Below are positions 10,504 to 19,880 of a stretch of DNA of 64,000 bases, piece after piece. The notes beneath the pieces are model-generated. The model was not told where the DNA came from. It did not search any database and saw nothing but the letters and a program-made list of their open reading frames with translations. Position 1 is the first letter of the stretch; each line of letters begins with the position of its first letter. Source of the DNA: an uncultured Phycisphaerales bacterium (lineage in GTDB: Bacteria > Planctomycetota > Phycisphaerae > Tepidisphaerales > Tepidisphaeraceae). The DNA lies in assembly GCA_963758525.1 (NCBI GenBank), contig CAVWVQ010000004.1, positions 109,993 to 173,992 on the forward strand, written 5' to 3'. The position numbers and the translations under genes were made by a program.

Positions 10504-12928
10504 TTGGGTTCGATATCGTGTTCCCGCTTGACGGACCTGCCGACAGCGGCTGATTTCGCGTGGCGCACTCCCGCAACAGCGCTGCTGGCGCAAATCGGGA
10601 TCCGAACTGTTTCTCCAGTGCTTCGAGTTTCTCGATCACCAGAGGGAGGCCCACCGCGTTGGCAAATTGAATCAACCCGCCACGGAACGGGGCGAGCCCG
10701 AGGCCCAGGACCGTTGCGAGGTCGATCGTCTCGGTGGAATCCGTGACATTTTCCTGCAGGACGCGAGCAGCTTCGTTGACCATCGGAAGCACCAGCCGCC
10801 AGGCGATCGCTTCATTCTCCTGCCTGTGGCTGGTGGCGGTGTCAGGACGCTGAACCGAAGCTGGTTCTTGAGTAATTTGCGAGTTCTGCAATCCCTCGGG
10901 AAAGCCGCCGCGCCGGCCCTCCCCCAGAGTACTACTGGGACATTCCATCTGAATTTGCGGGTCGGTCTCCTGTAGGGCGGGATTCATCCCGCCGTGGCCT
11001 GTGGTCTTACAAAAGGCGCGGCGGGATAAATCCCGCCCTACGTTGTCCACCCGCATTTTCGACGGGAATGAACCGCTAGGGGAGGGGGAAGCCGGGGGTT
11101 GACCATCCGGCGGGGCGCTGGCCATCAGCGCCTGCTGAAGTTCCGCGTTGACTGTCAGCGGGTGCCCATGCGCGTGTTTTGCATCGTGCTCGTAAAATCC
11201 GCGGCCGGCTTTGTCGCCGAGCCAGCGGCGTTCGAGTGCCAGTTGAAGGGCAGGTGGCATTGGCGGCGGGTTGCGCAAGACGCTCCCAAGGGTTGCCAGC
11301 ACGTGAGCCGCGACGTCGAGTCCGATCGTGTCGAGCAATTCGAAAGGCCCCATCGGCATGCCCCACTGCTTGAGCGCGGCGTCGATTCGATCGATGGGAA
11401 CGCCTTCGCCTGCGACGGCCAGCGCCTCGGCGAGATAGGGGATCAGCACGCGATTGACGAGAAATCCGGGCGCATCCCGCACCAACACGGGCGTTTTACC
11501 CAACCGGCCCGCCAGCGTGGCGGCCGTCGCCAGCGGCTCTTCCCGGCTCTGGACGGTTCGCACGACTTCGACGAGCGGCATCTTCGCGACTGGATTGAAA
11601 AAATGCAGACCGATCACGCGCTCCGGGTGCGCGGTGCTGCTGGCTATCTCCGTCACGCTCAGCGAACTGGTGTTGGTCGCGAGCACGGCGTCGGGCCGGG
11701 TCAGACGATCCAGCTTCGCGAAGACTTCCTTCTTGGCTGGCATCTCTTCGAGGACGGCTTCGATGACCACATCCGCCAGGTGCAGTCCCGTCCAGTCGGT
11801 GCACGGCGCGACGCGGTTCATGGCGTTGCGTGCCGCCACGCGATCGAGCCGGCCGGCGGAGACATCATCGTCGAGCAGGCGTTTCACCCGCGCCAGACCC
11901 GCCGATGCGGCTTTGGCGTTCACTTCAACCAGCCGAACGTCGATCCCGGCACGCGCCAGCGCATGCACGATTCCCGCGCCCATCGTTCCGCCGCCAATCA
12001 CGGCCGCCCGCTTCACCTCCGCCGGCCTGGCTCGCAATTGATCGGCGATCAGCCGCTTGGCGCCTTGTTTGAGGAAAAAGAGGCGAATCAGGTTTTGGCA
12101 GGTGTCAGTCTGCATTAGGTCAATTACCGCGGCGCGCTCCGCGTCGAAGCCGGCCATTTCTCCGTCGCGACAGGCGATTTGCACGACGTCGATCAGCCGC
12201 ATGGGAGCGGGATAATGCCCCAGCGTCGTCGCGAGCGTTTCCCTGCGAGCGCGAGCCAAAATCTTGTTGCGAACGAACGGCATGCGCGCCGCGGTGTGAT
12301 CCATCAGCGACAGACGCCGGTTGGGCCGCTCGCCCATCACGCGCCGCTTCGCCGCCGCGAGCAGTGCTTCGGGACGAACCACTTCGTCGACAATTCCCGC
12401 GCGCAGCGCCTTCTTCGGCGGCATGGTCTTGCCGGCGAGCAGCAACGGCAGAGCGCGCGTCAGTCCGATCAGGCGCGGCAAGCGCACCGTTCCGCCCCAG
12501 CCCGGCAGAATCCCGAGCTTCACTTCCGGCAAACCGATAGCGATCGAGGTATCCGCCGCCGCGATGCGCATGCTGCACGCCAGCGACAGTTCCAGCCCAC
12601 CTCCCAGGCAATCTCCGTTGATTGCCGCGACCGTGGGCATCGGCAGATTCGCAATCCGCGAGAAGAGCGACTGCCCCTCGGCCAGAAACTGGGCCATCTG
12701 CTCTCGATCCATCTTGCGGATCTCAAACAGATCGGCGCCGGCGATGAACGAGCGATTTTTCCCGGAGGCAAAGATCAACCCATGCGGCCCATCGCGCTCG
12801 ACCTGGTCGAGGGCGACATTCAATTCCGCCATCACGCGAGGAGACAGCGTGTTGACGCCTTTGGCCGGTACGTCAATCCAGATCGTTGTGATCCAGTCGG
12901 AGTCAGTTGTCATGCGGAGCGTTTCCAT
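10442..12928 (-). CDS. fadJ: Multifunctional enoyl-CoA hydratase / 3-hydroxyacyl-CoA dehydrogenase (FadJ/FadB type) with in-frame repeat insertion
   Basis: FIAGADL, CLGGGLE, GLPEVKLGILPGWGG, VIGGGTMGAGI, TNTSSL, GLHFFNPV, PGFLVNR, PMGPFELLD, GLGLAPFRGG. Confidence 0.93.
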   Translation of the reverse strand: METLRMTTDSDWITTIWIDVPAKGVNTLSPRVMAELNVALDQVERDGPHGLIFASGKNRSFIAGADLFEIRKMDREQMAQFLAEGQSLFSRIANLPMPTVAAINGDCLGGGLELSLACSMRIAAADTSIAIGLPEVKLGILPGWGGTVRLPRLIGLTRALPLLLAGKTMPPKKALRAGIVDEVVRPEALLAAAKRRVMGERPNRRLSLMDHTAARMPFVRNKILARARRETLATTLGHYPAPMRLIDVVQIACRDGEMAGFDAERAAVIDLMQTDTCQNLIRLFFLKQGAKRLIADQLRARPAEVKRAAVIGGGTMGAGIVHALARAGIDVRLVEVNAKAASAGLARVKRLLDDDVSAGRLDRVAARNAMNRVAPCTDWTGLHLADVVIEAVLEEMPAKKEVFAKLDRLTRPDAVLATNTSSLSVTEIASSTAHPERVIGLHFFNPVAKMPLVEVVRTVQSREEPLATAATLAGRLGKTPVLVRDAPGFLVNRVLIPYLAEALAVAGEGVPIDRIDAALKQWGMPMGPFELLDTIGLDVAAHVLATLGSVLRNPPPMPPALQLALERRWLGDKAGRGFYEHDAKHAHGHPLTVNAELQQALMASAPPDGQPPASPSPSGSFPSKMRVDNVGRDLSRRAFCKTTGHGGMNPALQETDPQIQMECPSSTLGEGRRGGFPEGLQNSQITQEPASVQRPDTATSHRQENEAIAWRLVLPMVNEAARVLQENVTDSTETIDLATVLGLGLAPFRGGLIQFANAVGLPLVIEKLEALEKQFGSRFAPAALLRECATRNQPLSAGPSSGNTISNPRLAAMRSGTRTEPVEGRAVL
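10935..11078. mobile_element. MITE-like element, family Y, carrying a family A REP doublet and inserted into a family B hairpin inside fadJ
   Basis: Closely similar to 57798-57930. CTA duplicated at 10932-34 and 11076-78. Removing the 144 nt restores CCCTCCCCCAGAGTACTAGGGGAGGGGG. Confidence 0.85.
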
Positions 12929-12943
12929 TTCAGACTCCCGTGT

Positions 12944-14251
12944 TTAACTTCCCCGCTCCAACAAGATCGCCGCGCCCTGGCCGCCGCCGACGCAGAGGGC
13001 GGCGATGCCGCGCTCCAGATTGCGGCGGCGCATTTCGTGGAGCATTGTCAGGACGATTCGCGCGCCGGTCGCGCCGACTGGATGGCCCAGCGCGATCGCT
13101 CCGCCGTTGACGTTGAGCTTTGCCGGGTCGATTTCGCCCAGCGCCTCGTCCCGATTGAGATGTTCAACGGCAAATCGCGTAGAGCCACATGCCTTGAGGC
13201 AAGCCAGCACTTGCGCGGCGAATGCCTCATTGATTTCGAACAGTGGAATATCCGCGACCGTGAGTCCGCTTTCGCGGAGCAACTGGTCGATCGCGTAGAC
13301 CGGGCCGAGTCCCATGCGCGAGGGGTCGAGTCCCACGTAGGCGTACCCGCTGACGAAGCCGAGGACCTCGCTCCCGTTGGCTCGCGCCGCCTCGGCGTCG
13401 GCCAGAAGAAGCGTCGCCGCGCCGTCGGTGATCTGGCAGGAGTTGCCGACGGTGACAGTGCCGTCGCGACGATCGAAGATCGGCTTCAGCTTCGCCAGCG
13501 CCTCCAACGTCTGACCCGGCCGGGGTCCGGTGTCGGCTGTGACCGGAGTGAAGCGATCGCCCGCGTAAAACGTGAACATCTCCGCGTCGAATTTTCCTGC
13601 TTCGGCGCCTTCCACAGCTCGCTGATGCGAGCGAAGCGCATATTCGTCCTGTTCGAGCCGGGTGATGCCCCATTCCTGAGCGAGCAACTCGGCGGTCTTT
13701 CCCATAATCATGTCGCAGGTGGGATCAGTGAGCCCAAGCTCGAGGCCGGCGATCGGACGGAAGTGCCGGGGCCGCAGCATCGTTGCCGCCGACGCTTTTT
13801 GCATGAAGCTTTTCGCGCGGCCGAGCTGCGCCATGGGCTCCATCGTTTCGGCGGGGAAGAGCAGCGGAATATTGCTCATCGATTCGGCGCCTCCGGCAAG
13901 GATCGCCCTGCCGCGGCCGGTGCGGATGCGAGCAGCGGCTTCGGCGATCGCTTCCATTCCCGACGCGCAGTTGCGCTGCATCGTCAAACCCGGCACGCGC
14001 ACCGGCACGCCCGCCCAGATTGCCGCGACGCGTGCGAGATTCGCCGCGTCCACGGGCATCACGACGTTGCCGAGTATGACTTCGTCCAGGTCATCCGCAG
14101 GCCAGTTGGCGCGATAAAGCGTCTCTTGAATCGCCCGCTTCCCAAGGTCCGCGGCGTGAACCTCTTTGAGGGCTCCGCCGGATTTGGCGAACGGAGTTCG
14201 CGCGCCGCTGAGAATCGCCACGCGTCGATCGGACATGTTCCAGGCCACCAT
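12944..14251 (-). CDS. 3-ketoacyl-CoA thiolase (FadI/FadA type)
   Basis: RTPF, QRNCASG, EINEAFA, NVNGGAIALGHPVGATG, LCVGGGQG. GAGGAG SD before ATG 14251. Confidence 0.95.
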   Translation of the reverse strand: MVAWNMSDRRVAILSGARTPFAKSGGALKEVHAADLGKRAIQETLYRANWPADDLDEVILGNVVMPVDAANLARVAAIWAGVPVRVPGLTMQRNCASGMEAIAEAAARIRTGRGRAILAGGAESMSNIPLLFPAETMEPMAQLGRAKSFMQKASAATMLRPRHFRPIAGLELGLTDPTCDMIMGKTAELLAQEWGITRLEQDEYALRSHQRAVEGAEAGKFDAEMFTFYAGDRFTPVTADTGPRPGQTLEALAKLKPIFDRRDGTVTVGNSCQITDGAATLLLADAEAARANGSEVLGFVSGYAYVGLDPSRMGLGPVYAIDQLLRESGLTVADIPLFEINEAFAAQVLACLKACGSTRFAVEHLNRDEALGEIDPAKLNVNGGAIALGHPVGATGARIVLTMLHEMRRRNLERGIAALCVGGGQGAAILLERGS

Positions 14252-14300
14252 TTTGCTGCTCCTCTTCACATGCGGGACAACGGCTTCCGACGATCAAAAA

Positions 14301-14347
14301 CCACCCTCACCCCGACCCTCTCCCGGAGTACCAGGAGAGGGGGCAGG
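14301..14347. repeat. REP-like hairpin, family B (CCCTCACCCCGACCCTCTCCCGGAGTACCAGGAGAGGG)
   Basis: Similar copy at 19604-19647; interrupted copy in fadJ. Confidence 0.85.
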
Positions 14348-14352
14348 AGAGT

Positions 14353-16233
14353 TCACGAGTTCAAACGCGCCTCCGTATCTCCGTGCCTCCGTGGTGAACT
14401 CTTCTTGTGAGCACCGTTGCCATTCCCATTTCCGTTGACATTTGCAGCGGCGAGAGGCTCGACAAGCAGATCCTTCTTCAATAATTTCCCCAGCGGCGAG
14501 CGCGGCAGCGAGTCGATAAACCGAAATTCCGCCGGCACTTCGTAGGGCGCCAGATGCTCGCGGCAAAGATTGCGCAGGTCGCGCTCGAGCGCGTCGCGCC
14601 GATCCGCCGGCACTGCGCTGACGACGAAGGCGACGACTGTTTGCGTATGCACGATGTCGTCGCGCCCGACGACGGCTGCCTCGATCACGCCGGGGTGCGA
14701 CTGCAGCACTTTCTCGACGCGGCCGGGGAAAATCTTCAGACCGGAGCGAATGATCATGTCCTTCTTCCGATCGAGGATGACGAAATAGCCGTCCGGCTGC
14801 ATGAGCGCCACGTCGCCGGTGTGCAGCCAGGTGCGCCCGTCGGGATCGACGGTGAGTGCGCGGCGGGTTTGCTCGGCATCACCGTAGTACCCGCGCATGA
14901 CTTGGGGACCGCTGATGAGCAGTTCGCCGGGCTCTCCGGCGGGCATCTCATGGTCGGGCTGCTCGGGATCGATAATTCGACATTGCGTATCCGGCATCGG
15001 CAGCCCGATGGTGCCGTGACGCGACCCGCTGGCGAGATTCGCGTGCGTGACCGGAGAGGCCTCGCTGAGGCCGTACCCCTCGAAGACCTTCGATCCGGTG
15101 AGCTTCTCAAATCGCTCGGCAATTGCGATCGGGAGCGGCGCGGCGCCGCTGATGCAGATGCGCAATCCCTTCAAGCCGCGCGGTTGTTCTTCCTTCTCGA
15201 TTTCATTGCTCAGCGCATCGCAAATGGCCGGGACCAATGGGAAGATCGTCGGACGCTCGCGGCGCAGCGTCTCCAGCGTTTCCTCGGCGCCGAAACGGGT
15301 CAGCAGCACCAGCCGCGCCCCTGAGAAAATGCCGCTGAGCAGGCCGGTCGTCAGGCCGTAAACGTGAAACATCGGAAGGACGGTGAGGATCGTCTCCTGG
15401 CCCGGCTGGATCTTCATCCAGACGCAAATCTGCATCGCATTGGCCAGCAGATTGCGGTGGGAAAGCTCTGCGAGCTTTGGAGTGCCGGTCGTTCCGCCGG
15501 TGGGTTGCAACACCGCGGTGTCGTCCGGATCGGAAATGATTGTCGGCGGGCGCGCGGGAGCCTGCTCCAGCAGGCTGCTCAGTGTGTGGTGCCCAGCCGT
15601 GCCGCTGTGCCTTTCGCGTTCGTGCCACAGCTTGAATTGATAGCCGAGGCGTTTGAAGACGCCCTGGTAGTTCTGCAGGGAGACCCAGACAAATTGTTCG
15701 ATGCTGGTATTTTGGCCGATGCGATCGAGCGATTTCGCCTGCAGGTCCAGCCCGATGACAGCGCGCGGCCTGGTGATCTTGATGAGATGGGCCAGATCAT
15801 CCGACCCGACGAGCGGGCCGGCGTTAACAACGACCGCGCCAAGTTTTTGAATCGCGAAAAAACTGGTGACGTATTGCGGGCAATTGGGAAGCGTCAGCAG
15901 GACGCGATCGCCCTTCTCGACGCCGAGCGAAGCAAGTCCGCCCGCCAGGCGATTCACGCGTTCCAGCAGTTGGCGGTAGTTGAATCGTTCGTTGTGATAA
16001 GCGATTGCCGATGAATCGCCGAAGCGATCGGCGGTCTGATCGAGGATGCGGCAGAGGGTTGTCGAAGGGTAGTTGAGTGAACGGGGGATCTGCGCCGCAT
16101 CCAGGCTGGCGAACCACGCCGGCTCGGGGGCCGGCGCGGGATGTGGAGGCTCGGGAAACTGCGGCTGCACGGAAAGCAGGTGTTCGCCGTTTCTCCACCA
16201 CCGCAGGACTGAATCCACCGCCGTCATGGGCAA
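14353..16233 (-). CDS. fadD: Long-chain fatty acid--CoA ligase
   Basis: PTGGTTGTPK, EGYGLSEASP, GELLISGPQVMRGY, LHTGD, DRKKDMI, PLGK. Confidence 0.93.
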   Translation of the reverse strand: MPMTAVDSVLRWWRNGEHLLSVQPQFPEPPHPAPAPEPAWFASLDAAQIPRSLNYPSTTLCRILDQTADRFGDSSAIAYHNERFNYRQLLERVNRLAGGLASLGVEKGDRVLLTLPNCPQYVTSFFAIQKLGAVVVNAGPLVGSDDLAHLIKITRPRAVIGLDLQAKSLDRIGQNTSIEQFVWVSLQNYQGVFKRLGYQFKLWHERERHSGTAGHHTLSSLLEQAPARPPTIISDPDDTAVLQPTGGTTGTPKLAELSHRNLLANAMQICVWMKIQPGQETILTVLPMFHVYGLTTGLLSGIFSGARLVLLTRFGAEETLETLRRERPTIFPLVPAICDALSNEIEKEEQPRGLKGLRICISGAAPLPIAIAERFEKLTGSKVFEGYGLSEASPVTHANLASGSRHGTIGLPMPDTQCRIIDPEQPDHEMPAGEPGELLISGPQVMRGYYGDAEQTRRALTVDPDGRTWLHTGDVALMQPDGYFVILDRKKDMIIRSGLKIFPGRVEKVLQSHPGVIEAAVVGRDDIVHTQTVVAFVVSAVPADRRDALERDLRNLCREHLAPYEVPAEFRFIDSLPRSPLGKLLKKDLLVEPLAAANVNGNGNGNGAHKKSSPRRHGDTEARLNS

Positions 16234-16296
16234 GCTCCTGTTCGAAACCGCCCTTCCCTGAGCTGTCGCTACGCCATTTGCGGAACCCTTTCCCTG

Positions 16297-17121
16297 TCAC
16301 CGTTGTTTGGTTGCAACTCCCGCGCCGCGCCAGGCGCGGCGCAGGAATCGCGAGATGCGCGAAACGACCGCCGAAGGGCGTTCCGAGAGCGGGTTGTGCC
16401 CCGCGTCCTTGATCAATTCAAATTGCGCGCCGGCAATGTCGCCCGCCATCTGCCGGGCGTACGCGCTGGGAATCAGCGCATCATGCTCGCCGGCAATGAC
16501 CAGCGTCGGCGCGGTGATGCGCGAGACATCCGTCTCGCCGCCATCGTCAGCGAGACATTGAAGCTGCCGGGCGACCGCCTCGCGACTGCCGCCTTGGCAT
16601 TCAGCCTTGGCGGCGATGCGACGGTCGACTTCCTGCGGATTGGCATCAAAGAAGAGCGGACCGGTGCCCAGCACTTCAATCGTTCGCACGTAGAATTCCC
16701 ATGGCATCTTCCGCAGCGCCATCGCGAGCAGCGTCGAGACACCCCGCAGGTATGGCGTGCTCCTGTGAGCGGAGGAAATCAGCACCAGCCGATCGACTCG
16801 CGAAGGATGTTCGACGGCAAATCGTTGAGCGACGATTCCGCCCAGCGACATGCCGATGACATGAGCGCGGTCCAATTGGAGAAAATCGAGCAACTCCACC
16901 AGATCGGAAGTAAAGCAGCTGAGGGAAACGGCCGGGCGTTTGGCAACGGATTGCCCGATGCCCCGATTATCCGAGAAAACAAGAGAGAAATCGCCGGACA
17001 GCAACGCCGCGGGACGCCAGATATCGCACGTCGCACCCAGGCCGGGGATGAACAGAATTGGCTCGCCACGACCATGAACTTCGTAGTAGCAGCGCACATC
17101 CGTGAGATCTGCCCATGCCAT
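16297..17121 (-). CDS. Alpha/beta-fold hydrolase heading the beta-oxidation operon
   Basis: DNRGIGQS, GMSLGG nucleophile elbow, GEHD, AGH. Confidence 0.9.
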   Translation of the reverse strand: MAWADLTDVRCYYEVHGRGEPILFIPGLGATCDIWRPAALLSGDFSLVFSDNRGIGQSVAKRPAVSLSCFTSDLVELLDFLQLDRAHVIGMSLGGIVAQRFAVEHPSRVDRLVLISSAHRSTPYLRGVSTLLAMALRKMPWEFYVRTIEVLGTGPLFFDANPQEVDRRIAAKAECQGGSREAVARQLQCLADDGGETDVSRITAPTLVIAGEHDALIPSAYARQMAGDIAGAQFELIKDAGHNPLSERPSAVVSRISRFLRRAWRGAGVATKQR

Positions 17122-17276
17122 GGTGAATTATAGACTCTTGCCATACGCGATTCATGGCGCATCAGGAATTTCACGCGCAGGCGTGCCGCGGATCCTTCTC
17201 CAAACTGCCTTGCCCTGCCAGACCGATCGCGACATCGCGACGGCTAGCGAAGGTTCTCTTTCTCCTGCGTCGCTCA

Positions 17277-17299
17277 CACGGGCGGGACGCCCGTGCCAC
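17277..17299. repeat. REP family C single arm
   Basis: CACGGGCGGGACGCCCGTGCCAC, identical to 19771-19793. Confidence 0.8.
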
Positions 17300-17304
17300 G
17301 ACCA

Positions 17305-18063
17305 TCATTGGGAGGGTCGAGAGGACAGATCATCAAAGCGAATCGGCTTGCCGGAAAAGGGGACGCCCCAGATCGATGCTTTGCCGGCGGCGGGTGCTTC
17401 GGTGTCGTCGAAACTGAGAAGCCAATCGGCCGGCTCGGGAGTTTGATCGGGCCAGGCTTTTCCCTCGACGCGCCACAGCTTGGGATTGACCTGCCGAACG
17501 CGCATGCGAAGACGCAGCCAGCGGCCGGGCTTCCAGGCGAATGGTTTGCTTGCCCTCGCATCGTCGGCTTTGCGCAGCTCGATCGTGCCGTTGGCGGGCC
17601 AGACCCAGAGTTTGCAGCCGCCGGTGTCGTTCGCGCCGATGCCGAACTCGGGGAAGCGTCGGCCTGCGGCGTCGGCCCAGATGCGGGCGGAGACGTCGAG
17701 CGTGGCGACGTCGCCGGGACCGAACAGCACGCCGAAGGTGTCGAGCGGGTCGCCGGGGAGTTCGAGGAAGCTGTTGCCGGCCTCTTCGCGGACGGAGAAG
17801 TCGCCGTTGAGAATCTGCAGATCGTCGGCAGGCTTGCCTTTGGCGGCATGCTCGAAATCGTTGACGTAGATGGAATTGCTCATCGTTGCAGCGGAATCGG
17901 CCATCAGCACATTCGCCAGACTGATGACGAACAAAGCTGAAAGCAGAAGAAAAGCCGGAAAATAAAGAGCCGCGAAGGCGCAAAGGCGCCAAGGCAGCCG
18001 CGAAGCGGGGGGATCAAGAGAAATCGCGGATTGAGGATTGGAAATATTACAAGAGAGTCTCAC
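17305..18063 (-). CDS. Exported hypothetical protein (beta-sandwich-like), coupled to the PQQ-propeller gene
   Basis: Hydrophobic N-terminal segment then a beta-rich domain (WLRLRMRV, VEGKAWP...EPADW, IRFDDL). GTGA overlap with the upstream stop; exact start uncertain. Confidence 0.7.
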   Translation of the reverse strand: MRLSCNISNPQSAISLDPPASRLPWRLCAFAALYFPAFLLLSALFVISLANVLMADSAATMSNSIYVNDFEHAAKGKPADDLQILNGDFSVREEAGNSFLELPGDPLDTFGVLFGPGDVATLDVSARIWADAAGRRFPEFGIGANDTGGCKLWVWPANGTIELRKADDARASKPFAWKPGRWLRLRMRVRQVNPKLWRVEGKAWPDQTPEPADWLLSFDDTEAPAAGKASIWGVPFSGKPIRFDDLSSRPSQ

Positions 18064-19852
18064 TTGGCATCCTTTGCTGTTAGCGCGTAGAGATGAGTGA
18101 GCGTTCCGACGTAGAGCGTCTGGTTGGCCGCCACCGGCGTGGAGTCGATCGCATCCTTGAAATCGAGCGAGGCGAGAATCTTTTTTTCCCTGCCGGCCGC
18201 AAGGATCGTGAGCAGTCCGTTTTCATTGCCGGCGTAGACTTTGCCGTCGGCGACGAGCGCACTGCCCCAGACGTGTGCTTCGGTGTCCTGAGCCCAGATT
18301 TCGTTTCCGGTCTGCACATCGAGGCAGTGAATCACTCCCGCGAAATCGGGGAGATAGAGAAGTCCGTCGAGAATTGAGGCGCTGGAGAGGGTTCGGCCGA
18401 TCTTCTCGTTGCGCCAGAGGATTCCTGTCGTGGAGATGTCGCCTGCCTTGGCCGCGTCGATGCAGTTCAAACAGCCGGCGCCATCGCCCTGCTCGGGCTC
18501 CTGCCCCACGGCGGCATAGACGCGCCCGTCGAGAATCACCGGCGTCGCGATCACCTCGCACGGACCGTTTGGCTGTCCATACGGAATCGGCTTGCCGTCC
18601 TTGGTTTCATGGTCCGGCGGATTGCAATTGCACCGCCACAACTCGGTGAGCGTGGCGACGCCGTCGTCTCCGATCGGGCCGGGCGCGGCATCAAACCCGT
18701 AGCAGAATCCATCGCCGCCGCCGAAGACGACGATCGGCCTTCCGTTCACCATGCCGCTGGCGGGTGACGACCAGTTGCAATAAAACGTTCGCGCGCTGAT
18801 GCCGGAACGCTCTTGAGCGAGAAGCTTGCCGGTATTCTTATCGAGGCAGATCAGCGCCGGCGCGCGGGCGCGGGAAGATGCTTTCCGTTCCAGTCGACGC
18901 CGTTGGATGTTGTGACGAAGAGCCTGTCGCCGACGATCAGGACGGAGCTGCTGGTCATGTTGTGGGGGAAAACGCCCAGCTCATCGCGCATGTCGAATCG
19001 CCAGACGATGTCCGCGTCGGATGGTCCCTGGGGGATCGGCGGTTTGCCGGGGCCGGCGGTGTAGTGGGCTTCATCCAGAAACGGACCTTGATTGCTTCCC
19101 GTGAATCCCGCGGTCGTCAGGCAGATCACCTCGCAACGGTTGGTGACGGCATAGATGCGATTGCCTTCCACGGTTGGCGAGGAACAGAATCCGACTTCGT
19201 CCCAGTCGCTGACTTTTCCCGCGCGGAGTTTCGGGACGGCAAGCTGCCAGTCAAGCTGCCCGGTCTTCTCGTCGAGGCAAAGAAGGATGCCGTAATCACC
19301 GGCGTATTTTGAGACGCGGGGACTGGAATTGTTCGTGCCGAGAAAGAGACGACCGTCGGCGACGGTGACATTGCCATAGGATTGCGAGCCGAGTTGCGCT
19401 GTCCAGAGCACGTTGCGGCCGGAAGCGGGATCGGCATCGCTGACCAAGCCGGTTTCGTGAGGTGCGACCATGTTGCGAGAGGCATCGTGGCCGTATTGCG
19501 GCCAATCGTCGGCGAGGGCTTGCGTCGTCAATATCAAAATGAGCAGGGAGCACGCCAAGCGGTGCCAATTGGCGGATCTGCCATCGCCCGCTAGTCGGAC
19601 GAACCCCCACCCCAACCCTCCCCCGGAGTACCAGGGGAGGGGGCAGGCGGGGATCTTGCCGTCAATGAAATTGACCCCGCCGCGTGGCACGGGCATCCTG
19701 CCCGTGCGGGTTGCAGGGGACAGAGAAGAAACTCTGTTAGCAGCGGTCTTTGTCTGTTCCGCGACGCCAACACGGGCGGGACGCCCGTGCCACGGGGAAG
19801 CGTGCGGATCGCCGAAGATTCTGGCACCGCCCGCGCGGAAATTGAGGTTCAT
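18060..19852 (-). CDS. PQQ-like (BamB-type) beta-propeller repeat protein (frameshift near 18865)
   Basis: DWPQYGHDASRNM, NVLWTAQLGSQSYG, repeated CLD-xTG-W units. A shifted frame continues APALICLDKNTGKLL into the 18060-18752 ORF. Confidence 0.88.
19604..19647. repeat. REP family B hairpin
   Basis: CCCCCACCCCAACCCTCCCCCGGAGTACCAGGGGAGGGGGCAGG. Confidence 0.85.
19684..19793. repeat. REP family C doublet
   Basis: GTGGCACGGGCATCCTGCCCGTG ... CACGGGCGGGACGCCCGTGCCAC. Confidence 0.88.
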
Positions 19853-19880
19853 AGATCCGCTCCCAGCATCGATGGCATCA

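Noticed and set aside
12179..14410. 743-aa plus-strand ORF (likewise 33255-35321, 38165-40093 and 24644-26053)
   Set aside because: Antisense to well-supported genes; typical GC-rich shadow ORFs.
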